Virus record (IMG/VR): IMGVR_UViG_2909288124_000006
Source: a virus
Taxonomy: Duplodnaviria > Heunggongvirae > Uroviricota > Caudoviricetes
Direction: 5' to 3' (one strand)
Length of the DNA: 34,666 bases
The translations under genes were made by a program, and so were the position numbers. The number at the start of each line of letters is the position of its first letter. Position 1 is the stretch's first letter. Below, in pieces: positions 33,671-34,666 of the stretch. Under the pieces are notes generated by a model. The model was not told the origin of the DNA and did no database searches. It worked only from the letters and a program-made list of their open reading frames with translations.

Positions 33671-34666
33671 ATGTCGATTAAGAAGCTCGCTAATGGCAAA
33701 TTTTGTGTGGACGTGCGGCCTGCTGGATCAGAAGGAAAGAGATTCAGGCGGCGATTTGATACTCGTGGTGAGGCTGTTTTGTATGAGCGTCATGTATTGC
33801 AGCATTACCACGACAAAGACTGGGTTGATAAGCCAACAGAACGGCGGTCGCTGAGGGAGCTGCTGGATTGTTGGTGGTTGTATCACGGTAAAAATCATCC
33901 TTACGGTGCGATGGAGCGAGTGCGTATTGCTGCGGTCATTAGTGATCTTGAAAGTATTAATGTTACACGCAGTGATCAACTTACTCGTAAAAACATAATT
34001 AATTATCGGTTATTGTTGCTTAACCGCGGAATAAAACAATCCACGGTTAATCGTTATTGCGCAATGATGAGTGGTTTTTTCACAAAACTAATTGACGCAG
34101 AGGAATATTCTGGGGCTAATCCGTTTCATGATGTGAAAAAACTTAATATCAAACAGCCTGAAATGGCTTATTTGTATCATGAAGATATTCCACGATTACT
34201 GGAGTTGTTATCAGGTGATGAATTAAAAGCCGTCTTGTTGTGTCTGGCAACAGGTGGAAGATGGAGTGAAGTTGCAAATATCAAGGGGGAGCATGTTATT
34301 AGCGGCAAAGTCATTTTTATGGAAACAAAAAATGGGAAGCGTCGCGTTATACCTATATCGTCAGAACTGGAGTGCATGATTAAAACAAAGGCCACTGGTC
34401 GTTTAATTTATCCAAGTTATTCTGCTGTCAGAACGGCTATCAGAAAGGTGAGGCCCGATCTTCCTGAAGGGCAGTCGATACATGTTTTACGGCATACCTT
34501 TGCTACTCACTTCATGATTAATGGTGGGAATATCATCACGTTGCAGAGAATACTTGGACATAGCACTATTCAGCAGACGATGACTTATGCCCATTTTGCA
34601 CCGGATTATCTGCAGGATGCTGTGCGCTTTAATCCTGTGGCTGAGTTGTCCAGATATTGCCCATAA
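33671..34666 (+). CDS. int: Tyrosine integrase (P2 Int family)
   Basis: HVLRHTFATHFMINGGNIITLQRILGH...YAHFAPDYLQDA; start ATG 33671 (MSIKKLANG) with SD GGAGGG; stop is the last codon of the window. Confidence 0.92.
   Translation: MSIKKLANGKFCVDVRPAGSEGKRFRRRFDTRGEAVLYERHVLQHYHDKDWVDKPTERRSLRELLDCWWLYHGKNHPYGAMERVRIAAVISDLESINVTRSDQLTRKNIINYRLLLLNRGIKQSTVNRYCAMMSGFFTKLIDAEEYSGANPFHDVKKLNIKQPEMAYLYHEDIPRLLELLSGDELKAVLLCLATGGRWSEVANIKGEHVISGKVIFMETKNGKRRVIPISSELECMIKTKATGRLIYPSYSAVRTAIRKVRPDLPEGQSIHVLRHTFATHFMINGGNIITLQRILGHSTIQQTMTYAHFAPDYLQDAVRFNPVAELSRYCP

Larger units (their letters stand above)
931..34666. mobile_element. P2-like prophage (ogr end to int end; true ends about 520-930 on the left and beyond the window on the right)
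   Basis: Complete set of P2-type structural, lysis, packaging, replication, immunity and integration genes in prophage order. Confidence 0.85.

Overview
Almost the whole window is one P2-like (Peduovirus-type) temperate prophage in an enterobacterial-type host; all calls are from reading the sequence and ORF track by eye and recalling protein families, with no searches run. Host flank: 1-~520 (DUF4177-like and YidD-family genes plus terminator), with the unresolved prophage junction in ~520-930. Minus strand: ogr and tail gene D (931-2334). Plus strand: FI sheath, FII tube, E/E' chaperone, T tape measure, U (2492-8077). Then a Hin/Gin-family invertase (8104-8703) next to a ~1.9 kb invertible tail-fibre segment (about 8770-10668). 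Minus strand again: H, I, J, W, V, S, R, spanins, M15 endolysin, holin, X, L, M, N, O (to 20129). Plus strand: terminase P and portal Q (20284-23081), then a cos/non-coding region. Minus strand: ParR/ParM partition module (24202-25477) with hairpin repeats, replication gene A (25554-28376), and an early region of small ORFs including an SPFH lipoprotein. The cox/C switch and the integrase close the window (int stop at 34666, so the other attachment site lies outside). Most worth a second look: (1) the FI-U tail block is inverted relative to canonical P2 synteny, leaving D/ogr divergent from their operon; (2) a ParMR plasmid-partition module sits where P2 carries tin/old; (3) an inner-membrane SPFH lipoprotein is translationally coupled to a small membrane protein; (4) a repeat-rich leader upstream of the replication block could form alternative structures that sequester a ribosome-binding site; (5) an 81-aa ORF is coupled by ATGA overlap to a 38-aa hydrophobic peptide. 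No rRNA, tRNA, CRISPR array or IS element was recognised.
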